The notes below the pieces were generated by a model. It was given only the letters and a program-made list of their open reading frames with translations. It did no database searches and was not told where the DNA came from. From Actinomycetota bacterium (GTDB taxonomy: Bacteria; Actinomycetota; Geothermincolia; Fen-727; Anoxymicrobiaceae), in NCBI GenBank assembly GCA_018831265.1, contig JAHJCO010000052.1, positions 22,597 through 86,596 of the forward strand: a stretch of DNA of 64,000 nt, given 5' to 3'. Below are positions 9,011-18,427 of the stretch, one piece after another. Each line of letters opens with the position of its first letter. Positions within the stretch are counted from its first letter, which is position 1. Position numbers and translations under genes: made by a program.

Positions 9011-9571
9011 ATGATATCATTTGAGGCCAACGGTATCTTTCCACGACTGGAGGTGCGTGACATCACCGAGCCATCACTCTTCAACCGCAAGATAGAGGTC
9101 GACGCGAACGACGAGGACGGCCGCCTGCGCATGAAGGGCAGCCTGCTCGACACGCGGATGGGCGAGCCGCTGCACGGCATAGAGGTGGAGATGATCGTGG
9201 ACGCGCTCGAGGGCTCCATACTGGAGATATCGGGCTCCTTTGCGGTCTGGCCGCTGGAGGAGTGCAAGCAGGGGCTGCAGGCGCTCCAGGAACTGGTCGG
9301 CGCGAAGATAATGCCCGGGTTCACGGACTTCGTGAAGTCCACGGTCGGCTCCAACCGCGGATGCACCCACATGGCTGCCCTCATCATGACCATGGGAAAC
9401 GTGTCCGTGCAGGGACGCGGCGCCTGGCTGCGCAAGTACATACCCAACGACACCGACCTGGCGCATGCCATGGAGCACAGCGCGAAGGCCCTCGGCCTGG
9501 TGGACAGCTGCGTGAGCTGGGCCCTGGACGGCCCGATACTCACCAGGTACCGCCAGGGCCTCGAGAAATAA
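9011..9571 (+). CDS. hypothetical protein
   Basis: 186-aa ORF divergent from the crotonase. No recognisable family from the sequence alone; the start is uncertain. Confidence 0.4.
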   Translation: MISFEANGIFPRLEVRDITEPSLFNRKIEVDANDEDGRLRMKGSLLDTRMGEPLHGIEVEMIVDALEGSILEISGSFAVWPLEECKQGLQALQELVGAKIMPGFTDFVKSTVGSNRGCTHMAALIMTMGNVSVQGRGAWLRKYIPNDTDLAHAMEHSAKALGLVDSCVSWALDGPILTRYRQGLEK

Positions 9572-9618
9572 CCTCAACCATCTTTTCTCACGAGTGATGA
9601 GAAAAGATGGTTGAGGTT
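9570..9618. terminator. bidirectional intrinsic terminator-like hairpin (21-bp perfect arms AACCTCAACCATCTTTTCTCA / TGAGAAAAGATGGTTGAGGTT, loop CGAGTGA) with symmetric AAATAA/TTATTT flanks
   Basis: It sits between, and overlaps, the stops of convergent genes 9011-9571 (+) and 9624-10421 (-). A paralogous copy lies at 45304-45354. Confidence 0.6.
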
Positions 9619-9623
9619 ATTTC

Positions 9624-10421
9624 TCACGAGCCTTTGAAGTCGGGGGGGCGCTTTTCAACGAAGGCGCGCATACCCTCCGCCGCGTCGTCGCTGCGCATCG
9701 CCTCGGACGCCAGGTACGCTATCTCGTCGGCCTCGCCCGGCGGCAGCGCCGGCCCCTTCGCAAGTGCCGCGAGAATGCGCTTGTGGCCTTTCATGGATAG
9801 TGGAGCGTACGAGGCGAGCGCGGCTGCCAGGTCCCATGCGCACTCCTCGAGATCGTCGGACTCCACCACCGAGTCCAGCATCCCCATCTCGAGCAGCCTG
9901 TCGGCCCCGAAGCGCTCCGCTGTGTAGAAGAGTCGCCGGGTGACGGCCAGGCCGAGGATCCGCACGAACCGTTCTATCCCCTCGGCCGGGTAGACTATGC
10001 CGATCCTGGCGGGTGGCATCCCCATCAACGCGTTCAGGGCCCCCAGGCGCAGGTCGCAGGAGACGGCCAGCTCGCAGGCCGCGCCCAGAGCGTACCCGTT
10101 GATAGCGGCCAGCACCGGGTAGGGGTACTCCTCGATCGCCGCGATGGCCGCGAGCAGCGGGCCTCCGGGGCTTATCAGGCGCAGGCCTTCCGCCGGCGTG
10201 TACTCCGACATCGCCTTGAGGTCCATGCCCACAGAGAACGCCCTGTCGCCGGCGCCTTTCAGGATGGCCGCCCGCGTGGTCCCCTCCGAGGCAAGCTCTA
10301 TCAGCGTCTCCCTGAGACTCACCAGCATCGATTCGGTCAACGCGTTGGAGACCTCGGGCCTGTTCAGGGTCAGCGCGGCGATGGCGCCTCGCCTCTCCAG
10401 GAGCAACTCGTCCGTCGGCAT
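9624..10421 (-). CDS. enoyl-CoA hydratase/isomerase (crotonase family)
   Basis: Internal start MPTDELLLERRGAIAALTLNRPEVSNAL. C-terminal ...FVEKRPPDFKGS. The long upstream extension in the ORF track overlaps the radical-SAM gene and is rejected. Confidence 0.75.
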   Translation of the reverse strand: MPTDELLLERRGAIAALTLNRPEVSNALTESMLVSLRETLIELASEGTTRAAILKGAGDRAFSVGMDLKAMSEYTPAEGLRLISPGGPLLAAIAAIEEYPYPVLAAINGYALGAACELAVSCDLRLGALNALMGMPPARIGIVYPAEGIERFVRILGLAVTRRLFYTAERFGADRLLEMGMLDSVVESDDLEECAWDLAAALASYAPLSMKGHKRILAALAKGPALPPGEADEIAYLASEAMRSDDAAEGMRAFVEKRPPDFKGS

Positions 10422-10429
10422 GACCGCCC

Positions 10430-12064
10430 CTACCGGGCCCGGCCGGTCCCGCCGCGATCGCCGGCCAGCTCCATCCGGCCACTCGCGACCTCGGCCTGCG
10501 CGGGCAGCTCGAGACGCTCGCGGTCCATCTGCTCCTGCTTGCGGTGCGCCTTCTCGGCCTTGGACGCCTGCCGCTCGGCCTTGTAGCGGTGTTTGAGCTC
10601 TGAGATGTAGTAGCGGTTCATACTCTTCCACCTGGTGATTGTGTGGTGCGCGTAGATGCTTATCGCCATGTCCTTCCAGCGGAACGACATCCCCAGCTTC
10701 CAGCACTGGAAGACGGAGTAGAACCTTCGCATCGCCTTCAGGCCTATCTCCTTCTGGAGCTTGAACGGTGACATCTTGGCGGGCTCATAGACCACGTGGT
10801 GCCCGCTGAACTTGGACCAGTCGTCCACGAAGATGCGCCCCTCGCTGCACAGCTCGTCGTAGGTCTCGGTCCCCGGAAGCGGGGTCAGCACCAGGAACTG
10901 TACGGTATCTATCCCCGACTTGCGCGCGAAGCGGACCGTGTCCCTTATGGTCTGCTTGTCGTCCTCGTCCGAGCCGAGCACGAACATGCCGTGCACCCTG
11001 ATCTTGTACTGGTGCAGGACCTCGACCGCGCGCCTGATGTCATCCACGGTCTGTGACTTGCGGAACGCCTCCAGGGTCGCCGGGTTGATCGACTCGACGC
11101 CCAGGAAGAGGTTCTTGCAGTTGGTGTCGCGCATCAGCTCCATGAGCTCGAGGTCCTCGACCACCTCGACCCGCGCCTGGGCCATCCATCGCTGGGTCAG
11201 CCCCTTCTCCTTCATCTTGCGGAGGAGCTCCTTGGTGTGCGACGGCGAGGCGGTGAAGTTGTCGTCGTAGAAGAAGACCGTGCGGTTGGGCTGCCTCTCG
11301 CAGAGCACCTCCAGCTCCGCTATCACGTCATCGGTGTCGCGGAACCGGTACCTGCGCCCGAACATGCTTGTCACCGAGCAGAACTTGCAGTCGTACGGGC
11401 AGCCGCGCGAGGTCTGTAGTGGGATGACCTTGAATCTCTCGAATCCCTCGATGAGGGTGAGGTCCGGCCACGGCAGCGCCGTGAGGTCCTTTACCCTCTC
11501 GCGGTCGGGGTTGTGCCGGAACCCGTCGCCGTCGTGGTAGGAGAGGCCCTCGATGTCCGAGAGCTCGCCCTCACCGGCCGAGAGTTGCTCTATCAGCTCG
11601 ACGAACGTCTCTTCACCCTCCCCGCGGACTACGAAATCGGCCCCCGCTGCGAGAGCCTCGTCCGCGAGGAACGACACGTGCGGACCACCCAGGACCACCG
11701 GGATATCACTCGAGGCCTTGATGCGCTCGATCAGGTCGTAGGCGACCGGCGCCGTCGGAGTTACGGTCGATATACCGACCAGGTCGGCCGTCGCCACCTC
11801 GCCCCAGTCGATCTTCGCCACCTCCTGGACGTAGATCTTGACCTCGATGCCCTTATCAACGAGAACAGCTCCCAGCAGGGGCAGCCCCAGTCTCGGGAGC
11901 TTGAACTTCGAGAAGACGTGGAACCCCGGGGCCCTGGGTTCGATAAGGACGACCTTGCGGATTCCGTCATACCCTGGCTGTGCATGCAGGCTGCACAAGT
12001 CCCGCGTATCGTGGCGCGGCCCGATATGCCCGCCTGATCGACCTGGCTCTTCAGAGGTATTCAT
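10430..12064 (-). CDS. B12-binding-domain radical SAM protein
   Basis: N-terminal cobalamin-binding-like domain (VVLIEPRAP...VVLGGPH) followed by a radical SAM core with the CPYDCKFC (CxxxCxxC) motif. The start overlaps the vapC stop by a few codons. Confidence 0.75.
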   Translation of the reverse strand: MNTSEEPGRSGGHIGPRHDTRDLCSLHAQPGYDGIRKVVLIEPRAPGFHVFSKFKLPRLGLPLLGAVLVDKGIEVKIYVQEVAKIDWGEVATADLVGISTVTPTAPVAYDLIERIKASSDIPVVLGGPHVSFLADEALAAGADFVVRGEGEETFVELIEQLSAGEGELSDIEGLSYHDGDGFRHNPDRERVKDLTALPWPDLTLIEGFERFKVIPLQTSRGCPYDCKFCSVTSMFGRRYRFRDTDDVIAELEVLCERQPNRTVFFYDDNFTASPSHTKELLRKMKEKGLTQRWMAQARVEVVEDLELMELMRDTNCKNLFLGVESINPATLEAFRKSQTVDDIRRAVEVLHQYKIRVHGMFVLGSDEDDKQTIRDTVRFARKSGIDTVQFLVLTPLPGTETYDELCSEGRIFVDDWSKFSGHHVVYEPAKMSPFKLQKEIGLKAMRRFYSVFQCWKLGMSFRWKDMAISIYAHHTITRWKSMNRYYISELKHRYKAERQASKAEKAHRKQEQMDRERLELPAQAEVASGRMELAGDRGGTGRAR

Positions 12065-12503
12065 CCAGCACCATCACCTTCATCCCATTGAAACCGGTCA
12101 GCTCGGGGTCGTCAGTCACGAACGCGCTGGCGCCTGCCTCCGCAGCACTCGCCAGCAGGATGCTGGATGCCATCTCCAGCTTGCCCATCGAGCGAATCCC
12201 GGCGGCGCGGGCGGCCACTGCCGGATCCATCGCCACCAGCTCGAGGTTCGGCATCTCGTGGAACAGCACCCGGTACAGGTCGGCGAGGCTCTCCAGCCCC
12301 AGCTCCAGGGGCCTGGCCATCACCTCCGCCAGGGTCACCGTGGAGACGGTGCCCCTCACGTGCCCGTCCTGGACCTGCCCCAGCACCACCGAGGTCAGCT
12401 CGGAGAGCTCATCGCCCCCGAAGTGGTGGATGAAGACGCCGGTGTCCAGCCCCACCACCTTGTGGTCGCCCAGGTCCTTCTTGAGTCTCTTCACTTTGTC
12501 CAC
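12051..12503 (-). CDS. vapC: PIN-domain ribonuclease toxin (VapC-like)
   Basis: 150 aa with a PIN acidic-residue pattern (VVGLDTGVFI.., ..TDDPEL). Overlaps the upstream antitoxin gene by about 4 codons. Confidence 0.65.
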   Translation of the reverse strand: MDKVKRLKKDLGDHKVVGLDTGVFIHHFGGDELSELTSVVLGQVQDGHVRGTVSTVTLAEVMARPLELGLESLADLYRVLFHEMPNLELVAMDPAVAARAAGIRSMGKLEMASSILLASAAEAGASAFVTDDPELTGFNGMKVMVLDEYL

Positions 12504-12727
12504 GGTTCCCTCACGCTCCTGAGGTACGCCCTGGGGTCGATCCCCTCCCAGGCCTCGGCACCCAGGCCCCGCATGAACGAGGCGAAGTCCTCGGGCCGGG
12601 CCAGCATGACCACGACGCCGTCCCGGTAGTCGAAGATCACCTTGTCGCCCGCCTTGATGCCCAGGGCATCTCGGGCTTGCCGGGGGATCACCACCTGGTA
12701 TTTGCTGCTGACCGTCGCCGTGTCCAT
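12491..12727 (-). CDS. vapB: AbrB/MazE/SpoVT-family antitoxin (VapB-like)
   Basis: Internal start MDTATVSSKYQVVIPRQARDALGIKAGDKV, a swapped-hairpin antitoxin signature. The track ORF begins at an upstream TTG; the ATG is preferred. Confidence 0.6.
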   Translation of the reverse strand: MDTATVSSKYQVVIPRQARDALGIKAGDKVIFDYRDGVVVMLARPEDFASFMRGLGAEAWEGIDPRAYLRSVREPWTK

Positions 12728-12832
12728 CCGTCTCTCCGTTCGTGTTGCTGCCATGCGTAGGTGGACATTAGCATCTGTAATACGACAGGTCAATAGGTAA
12801 AGGGATTATCACTATCGCTTTGCGCTGATCTC

Positions 12833-13102
12833 TCGAGCGGCCACGATGTGACTAACCAGGGGGTCAGGCACAATTCAAGTCACACAGGCCAGGTCGTACT
12901 GACGTTCATCTCGGGCCGCACCCCGCTGCCCTGCTCTTGCTCGACCTACATACAGGGTCACGATGTGACTGGTTGAGTAGCCTGAAATTGAATGCTTTTC
13001 TCGAGCAACCACCAAGTGACTAGGCTTGGGGTCAGGCACAATTCAAGTCACACCATACAGGTTGTCCAGCATTGAAGCTGACATTGAATTGAGCCTGACC
13101 CC
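12833..13102. mobile_element. MITE-like non-coding element, copy A (about 270 bp). Imperfect terminal inverted repeats GGGGTCAGGCACAATTCAAGT / ATTGAATTGAGCCTGACCCC, with internal repeats of GGGGTCAGGCACAATTCAAGTCACAC and GTGACT-containing units
   Basis: About 90% identical, in inverted orientation, to 44091-44356. The 3' half is repeated at 50997-51100. Fragments occur at 18351-18397. Confidence 0.65.
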
Positions 13103-13212
13103 ACTTTATTCACATACCCTCTTCACACTTTAGACATATCTCAATGCTAGACTGTGCTCCATGAAATACTATTAATCCAATAGACTTTGTAGTCTGAGGA
13201 GCCTGGAGGGGC

Positions 13213-13614
13213 GTGATGAAGAAGACAGTCGTAGTGTTGATAGCGCTGGCGTTGCTGGGTGGCGCGGTAGCCGTCGTCGCGGGCTGCGGGGGTTCCGGGC
13301 TCAGGGCCGGCGCGGAGATCCCCGCGGACACGGCTGTGGTCGGTATCGCTGAGATCAACGAGAAGCCCACCGCCTACGCGGGCAAGTCGGTCGTGACCTC
13401 CGGTTATTACGGGATCGGGCTCTGCTCCGATTGCTTTCTCATCAAGGACGGCGTCGCGACCCTCAGGGTGGAAGGCTCGCAGACGGTGCCGGTGCCGTCG
13501 AAGTCGTACCTGAACAAGCCCCTCAGGGTGTACGGCACGGTCGATGTTACCGAGGGGGCCGGGGGGACCGAGCAGGCTATCACGCTGAAGGCCGAAGGCC
13601 TCGAGTTCCAGTAG
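13213..13614 (+). CDS. small lipoprotein (signal peptide with lipobox VAGC) preceding a MacB-type ABC transporter
   Basis: MMKKTVVVLIALALLGGAVAVVAGCGG...; 133 aa. ATG at 13216 or GTG at 13213. Confidence 0.6.
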   Translation: MMKKTVVVLIALALLGGAVAVVAGCGGSGLRAGAEIPADTAVVGIAEINEKPTAYAGKSVVTSGYYGIGLCSDCFLIKDGVATLRVEGSQTVPVPSKSYLNKPLRVYGTVDVTEGAGGTEQAITLKAEGLEFQ

Positions 13615-13624
13615 TGATCGTGCC

Positions 13625-14779
13625 ATGAGACTCCACACGCTCGCTCTGAAGAACCTCAGGCGGCACAGGGTGCGAAGCATCCTGACCGTCGCCGGTATCG
13701 CCATCTCGGCCATAACGCTGTTCTCCATACTCTCGTTCAACTCCGGGTACGACCGGGCGCTCAAGGAGGAGATATCGGGCTCGGGTATCCACATCTACGT
13801 CTCGCGGGAAGGCTGCCCGCTCGAGGCCGCCTCGCTCATCATCCACGGAGGCGAGATACCCGAGTACCTCGACGAGGGGCTGCTCCCCCAGGTTCAGTCC
13901 ATCAGCGGGGTCAGGGCGGCCGGCGGGATGCTGATAGCCACCGCGATAACCGGCGGGATGGCCGACCTCTTCTACGGCATCACCCCCGAGGTGCGCTCGC
14001 TCAAGCCGAACTGGCGCCTGAAGGGTCAGTGGTTCCAGGACGGAGGCTCGGCGGTCCTCGGGGCCAAGGTCGCCGCCAAGATGAAGAAAGGGGTCGGCGA
14101 CACCGTCGAGGTCCCAAGCGTGGGCAGGAGCTTCAAGGTGACCGGCGTGCTGGAGCCAACCAACGGAGAGGACGACGGCTTCTACTACCTGCCGCTCGCC
14201 ACGGCCCAGGAGCTCTTCGGGAAGCCCGCCAAGCTCACCGCGGTGGGAATCCAGCTCGACGACGTGACCACCCTCGCGCAGGTGAGGCGTGACATCGAGA
14301 AGCTGCCCGGGGCGTACGTGGTCCCGGCCGAGGATATGAGCAACCGGGTGCTGGAGATAGTGGGCGGGACCAAGTCCATCATGTTCGCGATCATGGTCAT
14401 CGTACTGGTGGTGGCCGGCCTGGGCGTGTTCAACATCGTTCTCATGGCGACGTTCGAGCGCAGGGAGGAGTTCGGCTACCTTCGCTGCGTGGGAGCCGGC
14501 AGGGGTTCCATATTCAGGATGATAGTCATAGAGACCCTGGCCCTGAGCCTGCTCGGGTTCGCCGCGGGCCTGGGGGTTGGCTGGGCGGCTTCCTCCGGCA
14601 TCGACCGCTGGATAAGGCACTTCGTGGCCTACGTCCCCTCCGGCCGCCTGATACGGCCCGACCTGTGGTCGGTTCTCATAACCGCGGGGGTCGTCCTGGC
14701 GCTGGGACTGCTGGCGGGGCTCTACCCCGGCTACCGCGCATCGAGCGTACCTCCGATGGAGGCGATACGAAGTGAGTGA
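13625..14779 (+). CDS. ABC transporter permease, FtsX/MacB family
   Basis: N-terminal TM (LKNLRRHRVRSILTVAGIAI), a periplasmic domain and a C-terminal FtsX 3-TM bundle. Confidence 0.8.
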   Translation: MRLHTLALKNLRRHRVRSILTVAGIAISAITLFSILSFNSGYDRALKEEISGSGIHIYVSREGCPLEAASLIIHGGEIPEYLDEGLLPQVQSISGVRAAGGMLIATAITGGMADLFYGITPEVRSLKPNWRLKGQWFQDGGSAVLGAKVAAKMKKGVGDTVEVPSVGRSFKVTGVLEPTNGEDDGFYYLPLATAQELFGKPAKLTAVGIQLDDVTTLAQVRRDIEKLPGAYVVPAEDMSNRVLEIVGGTKSIMFAIMVIVLVVAGLGVFNIVLMATFERREEFGYLRCVGAGRGSIFRMIVIETLALSLLGFAAGLGVGWAASSGIDRWIRHFVAYVPSGRLIRPDLWSVLITAGVVLALGLLAGLYPGYRASSVPPMEAIRSE

Positions 14780-15443
14780 CACCGCGTTCGAACTCATCGA
14801 CGTCCAGAAGGTGTACCACCGCGGCTCCGAGGAGGTGCGGGCGGTGGACGGCCTGTCGCTATCCGTGCCGGCCGGCGAGTATCTCTCGATAACAGGGCCC
14901 TCGGGATCCGGCAAGTCCACCCTGCTGAACCTGATAGGGTGCGTGGACACCCCGACCGCCGGCCTGGTCAGGGTCGATGGGCTCGAGGTGGCGGGCATGA
15001 AGGAGAACGAGCTGAGGCGCATCCGCTCGAAGCGGATCGGGTTCGTCTTCCAGCAGTTCTTCCTGCTCCCGACGCTGACCGCGCTGGAGAACGTGATGGT
15101 GCCGGGGGTCTTCTACGAAGGCCCCAACGGTTCGCTGCGGGCTCGGGCGGAGGGCCTGCTGCAGACGGTCGGGCTCGGGAAGCGTGTCGCGCACAGGCCC
15201 TCCGAGCTGTCGGGGGGCGAGATGCAGCGGGTGGCGATCGCCAGGTCGCTCGTGAACCGACCTTCGATACTGCTGGCCGACGAGCCCACGGGCAACCTGG
15301 ACATAAGGAACTCGGGCGAGATAGTAGAGCTGCTGGAGGGTTTCAACGCCGAGGGCCTGACCCTGATCGTGGTCACCCACAACCCTGAGCTGGCCGCCCG
15401 CGCCGGCCGTGGCATCTCCCTGGCCGACGGCCGAATAGCGTGA
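14772..15443 (+). CDS. ABC transporter ATP-binding protein (MacB/LolD-like)
   Basis: Walker A GPSGSGKST, signature LSGGEMQRVAIARSL, Walker B ILLADEPTGNLD. Confidence 0.85.
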   Translation: MSDTAFELIDVQKVYHRGSEEVRAVDGLSLSVPAGEYLSITGPSGSGKSTLLNLIGCVDTPTAGLVRVDGLEVAGMKENELRRIRSKRIGFVFQQFFLLPTLTALENVMVPGVFYEGPNGSLRARAEGLLQTVGLGKRVAHRPSELSGGEMQRVAIARSLVNRPSILLADEPTGNLDIRNSGEIVELLEGFNAEGLTLIVVTHNPELAARAGRGISLADGRIA

Positions 15444-15517
15444 AAGAAAACCTCAGACCAAAACTTTCAACGAAGGCTTGTTCGAGGCTGCTGATGAAAG
15501 AAATGGTCTGAGGTTTT
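15436..15517. terminator. inverted repeat GAAAGAAAACCTCAGACC ... GGTCTGAGGTTTTCTTGC (45-nt spacer) between convergent genes. The element begins at the TGA stop of the ABC ATPase gene
   Basis: Seen directly. The same 18-mer arm recurs at 22937 and 22968. Confidence 0.5.
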
Positions 15518-15524
15518 CTTGCAC

Positions 15525-16157
15525 TCAAGCGCAGAAGCCTTCGAAGATGCGGACCGCCTCCACCGCATCGCGGCCCAGCGCGTCGATGCCATACCTGTCG
15601 GCGAGCTCCTGGGTGGTGCATGCGCCACCGATGGCTATCTTGACCTTTTCGCGCAGCCCCGCCGATTCCAGCGCCTTCACCACGTCGCCGATGGAGTCAA
15701 CCATGGAGGTGAGCAGCACTGAGAGCGCGACCGCGTCGGCGTCGTTGGACCGCACGGCCTCGACTATCCTGTCCTCGTGCACGTCCACGCCCAGGTCGAC
15801 CACGTCGAACCCGGAGGTGGAGAGCATGGTGCATACCAGGTTCTTGCCTATATCGTGGATGTCGCCCTTGACCGTGCAGGCTACGACCTTTCCCTTCTTC
15901 TCCAGCGCCTCACCGACCAGCAGCGGCTCGAGGATCGCGACGCCCTCCTTCATCCCCTCACCCGCCAGGACCAGGTCCGCCAGGTAGTACTCTCCCTGCT
16001 CGAACAGCTCGCCCACCTTCGCCATCCCGGAGCACATTGCCCCCAGTACGTCCTTCGGAGCCTGGCCGGCGTCCAGCGCCTCCCTGACCAGCGGGGCTAT
16101 GTTGTCCAGGTCCAGATCCGAGACCGCCGCCTGCACCTTTTCCAGTTGCTCTGCCAC
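15525..16157 (-). CDS. corrinoid (cobalamin-binding) protein of methyltransferase systems (MtaC/MtbC/MttC family)
   Basis: B12-binding DxHxxG motif GDIHDIGKN with a Rossmann-like C-terminal half, plus an N-terminal helical cap domain; 210 aa. Confidence 0.8.
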   Translation of the reverse strand: MAEQLEKVQAAVSDLDLDNIAPLVREALDAGQAPKDVLGAMCSGMAKVGELFEQGEYYLADLVLAGEGMKEGVAILEPLLVGEALEKKGKVVACTVKGDIHDIGKNLVCTMLSTSGFDVVDLGVDVHEDRIVEAVRSNDADAVALSVLLTSMVDSIGDVVKALESAGLREKVKIAIGGACTTQELADRYGIDALGRDAVEAVRIFEGFCA

Positions 16158-16220
16158 TTGAGCCTCCTTGCCCTGCCGCCGCCGCGCGGTCGGCTCACCG
16201 CCGGGAACGATTTTATCTCC

Positions 16221-17390
16221 TCAAACCTTCAAAGGGTAATGCCCGTACTCCTCGACCGCCTCCAGCATCCAGCGCAGCCGCTCCAGGCGCATCCCGGGAT
16301 GGCTGTTCGTGGGAGCGACGATGTAGCCGCCGCCCTTGCCGGCATCCGCTATGCGCTGCTTGATGTCGGCGAAGACCTCCTCCCTGGTGGCGTCCACCAG
16401 TATGTGGGTGACGTCGACATTGCCGAGCAGGCACATGCGGTCGCCCACCATCTCCTTGACCTTCGCCAGCTCTACCCCCGCCGTAGGCTCGAGCGCGTGC
16501 ACGCCGTCGAACCCGCAGTCGGCAAACCACCCTATCAGCGGGTAGACGTCGCCGTCCGTATGAACGACTATCTTCATGCCCAGCCTGTGCGCGGTCTCGG
16601 TGATGCGCCTGAACGAGTCGCCGAAGAACTCCTCCATCATCTTCGGGTTGAGCATGGGCCCGGAGCGGTACGCCTGGTCGTCGGAGTACACCGCGCCCGG
16701 CAACCCCGCGTCGGCCCACGCCTCGATCATCATGCAGTAGAGGTCCTCGTAGAACTTGATGTAGCGCCGCATGAACTCCTTCTCGCGCCGGATCATCACC
16801 GCGAAACGTTCGAAGCCGAACGGCTGCCAGCAGGTCTCGAAGAGCCCGAACAGGAAGCTGCCCAGGATGAAGATGTCATTGCCGAAGTCTTTCTGGATGT
16901 GCGAGAAGGCCCTGTTGGCCCGCTCGGGCAGCCGCAGTATGTCCTTCTTGTCCCACGCGTCCCAGTCATCGGGGCCCGACAGCAGCCCTCCCCTGTACAT
17001 CGGAGTCCCGATGTTGCCCTTGTGGTCCACTACGAGGTCGTAGTAGCGGCCGTAGATGTCGGTGGCGGTCTTCGAGTCCGGGAACCGCCAGATCGGAACG
17101 TGCATGGTCCAGACGGAGTCGTAGCCCATCCTGACCGAGGCGTCCACGCGGTCGTGGGAGAAGTGGTCCATCTCCCTGTCGATCAGGTGAAGCTTGTTGA
17201 CCAGAGGGCAGGCCAGGTCGAAGAGCCTGGAGGCGTACTTGTTGTCGACGAGGAACCCCAGCGGGACCGGCTTCTTGCCGAGTATCTCGTAGATGTTGGA
17301 GTACTCCTCCATCACATCCATGGTGGGTACGCGGTCCGGCTCGCGGAGCTCGAGGGCCGCCGTCACCCTCTCTATACTGGACATCGCCAT
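16221..17390 (-). CDS. uroporphyrinogen decarboxylase (URO-D) family methyltransferase (MtaA/CmuA-like, methylcorrinoid methyltransferase)
   Basis: 389 aa. URO-D/MT2 fold markers: ...VHTDGDVYPLIGWFADCGFDGVHALEP... Confidence 0.65.
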   Translation of the reverse strand: MAMSSIERVTAALELREPDRVPTMDVMEEYSNIYEILGKKPVPLGFLVDNKYASRLFDLACPLVNKLHLIDREMDHFSHDRVDASVRMGYDSVWTMHVPIWRFPDSKTATDIYGRYYDLVVDHKGNIGTPMYRGGLLSGPDDWDAWDKKDILRLPERANRAFSHIQKDFGNDIFILGSFLFGLFETCWQPFGFERFAVMIRREKEFMRRYIKFYEDLYCMMIEAWADAGLPGAVYSDDQAYRSGPMLNPKMMEEFFGDSFRRITETAHRLGMKIVVHTDGDVYPLIGWFADCGFDGVHALEPTAGVELAKVKEMVGDRMCLLGNVDVTHILVDATREEVFADIKQRIADAGKGGGYIVAPTNSHPGMRLERLRWMLEAVEEYGHYPLKV

Positions 17391-17425
17391 TGTCGCGTCC
17401 TTTCGTCGGTGCCGAGGTTACTATA

Positions 17426-18094
17426 TCAAGAAAGCTGCGTGGAGAAGTCCTCGAAGCGGATCTCCACTCCCGGCTCCACGACCACGAACTCGTCGGTCCA
17501 TTCGCCTGCCAGCAGCATCTCCAGCATCCGGTTCGAGCCGGGTATCTCCACGAACTGAAGTTCCAGGAACCCGGCCATGGCGCGCGCGAAGTCGCGGTAC
17601 TCGTCCATGTGGTAGTTGCCGGTGTCGATCAGCGCCACGGTGGTGTAGTTGACGAACAGCACGCGGGCCACCTTGAGGGCGCGCTCCGGCCCGTAGCGCT
17701 CGACCAGGCGTTCATACTCCGCGACCGTCCCCTCCTGGGCCTCCACCCAGCCCTTGGTCAGGTAGTAGGTGCCGGGCTCGGCGCGAAGCCTCTCCATGTG
17801 GGCGGCGCGGGACCCCAGGAATAGGGCGATGCAGTCGTCCACCTTCGGTATGACGAGCCTGTGGGTCGGTGAGGACAGGCTTACCACTGCGTTCGAGCAC
17901 AACCCGTATCCGAGCAGGATGTCGCACTCGCCGGGCACGGCCTCGACGGCCGCCTTCAGCTCCGACTTCAGCTTCTCGGGCTCCGCGTGCAGCCCGAACT
18001 CGAGCACGGTCAGGCGCTCCTCGGTCACCCCCAGGCGGCGCAGCTCCTCGGCCACGGTCGCGCAGGATATGACGTGGTAGTCATCGGTTCTCAT
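17426..18094 (-). CDS. DUF1638-domain protein (commonly encoded with corrinoid methyltransferase genes)
   Basis: Internal start MRTDDYHVISCATV.... Co-oriented and tightly spaced with the MtaA-like and corrinoid protein genes. Confidence 0.5.
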   Translation of the reverse strand: MRTDDYHVISCATVAEELRRLGVTEERLTVLEFGLHAEPEKLKSELKAAVEAVPGECDILLGYGLCSNAVVSLSSPTHRLVIPKVDDCIALFLGSRAAHMERLRAEPGTYYLTKGWVEAQEGTVAEYERLVERYGPERALKVARVLFVNYTTVALIDTGNYHMDEYRDFARAMAGFLELQFVEIPGSNRMLEMLLAGEWTDEFVVVEPGVEIRFEDFSTQLS

Positions 18095-18350
18095 CGCACC
18101 CGGCTCTCGCTGTCCGGGTAGCTCCGCTTCCCGGTCCATCGACGCTGCCTTTCACCTGGTCCCAGAAGGCTTCCCGTATGAATAACGCGATTTTAACCCG
18201 CGGCTAACGGCCGTTTCACCCGCGTGCCCGATTATCCTCCCAGGGACCGGGTAGATGGAACCGGTCTGGAATCGGGCCGGGTGGCGCGGCTTCATACTCC
18301 CCCACTCACTCCCCGCGCCGCCCGGCTTCCCCTCCACTTTGAGTACCCAT

Positions 18351-18424
18351 GAGGTGACTGGGCTGGGGGTCAGGCACGATTCAAGTCACACCATACAAGA
18401 ATAGAATGGTGCCTGGCACCATTC
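18351..18424. repeat. MITE fragment (GTGACTGGGCTGGGGGTCAGGCACGATTCAAGTCACACCATACA) plus palindrome GAATGGTGCC-T-GGCACCATTC
   Basis: Matches the 5' end of the copy at 44091-44356 in reverse complement. The palindrome shares the GGTGCCnGGCACC core. Confidence 0.55.
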
Positions 18425-18427
18425 AAT

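Noticed and set aside
9624-10706. 360-aa ORF-track version of the second crotonase, and the similar 5' extensions of ORFs 8172-9044, 17426-18139, 18428-19288, 32226-33515, 38757-39584 and 55908-57749
   Set aside because: The N-terminal extensions are low-complexity, lack RBS and overlap upstream genes. Internal ATGs with good SD and canonical family N-termini were chosen instead.
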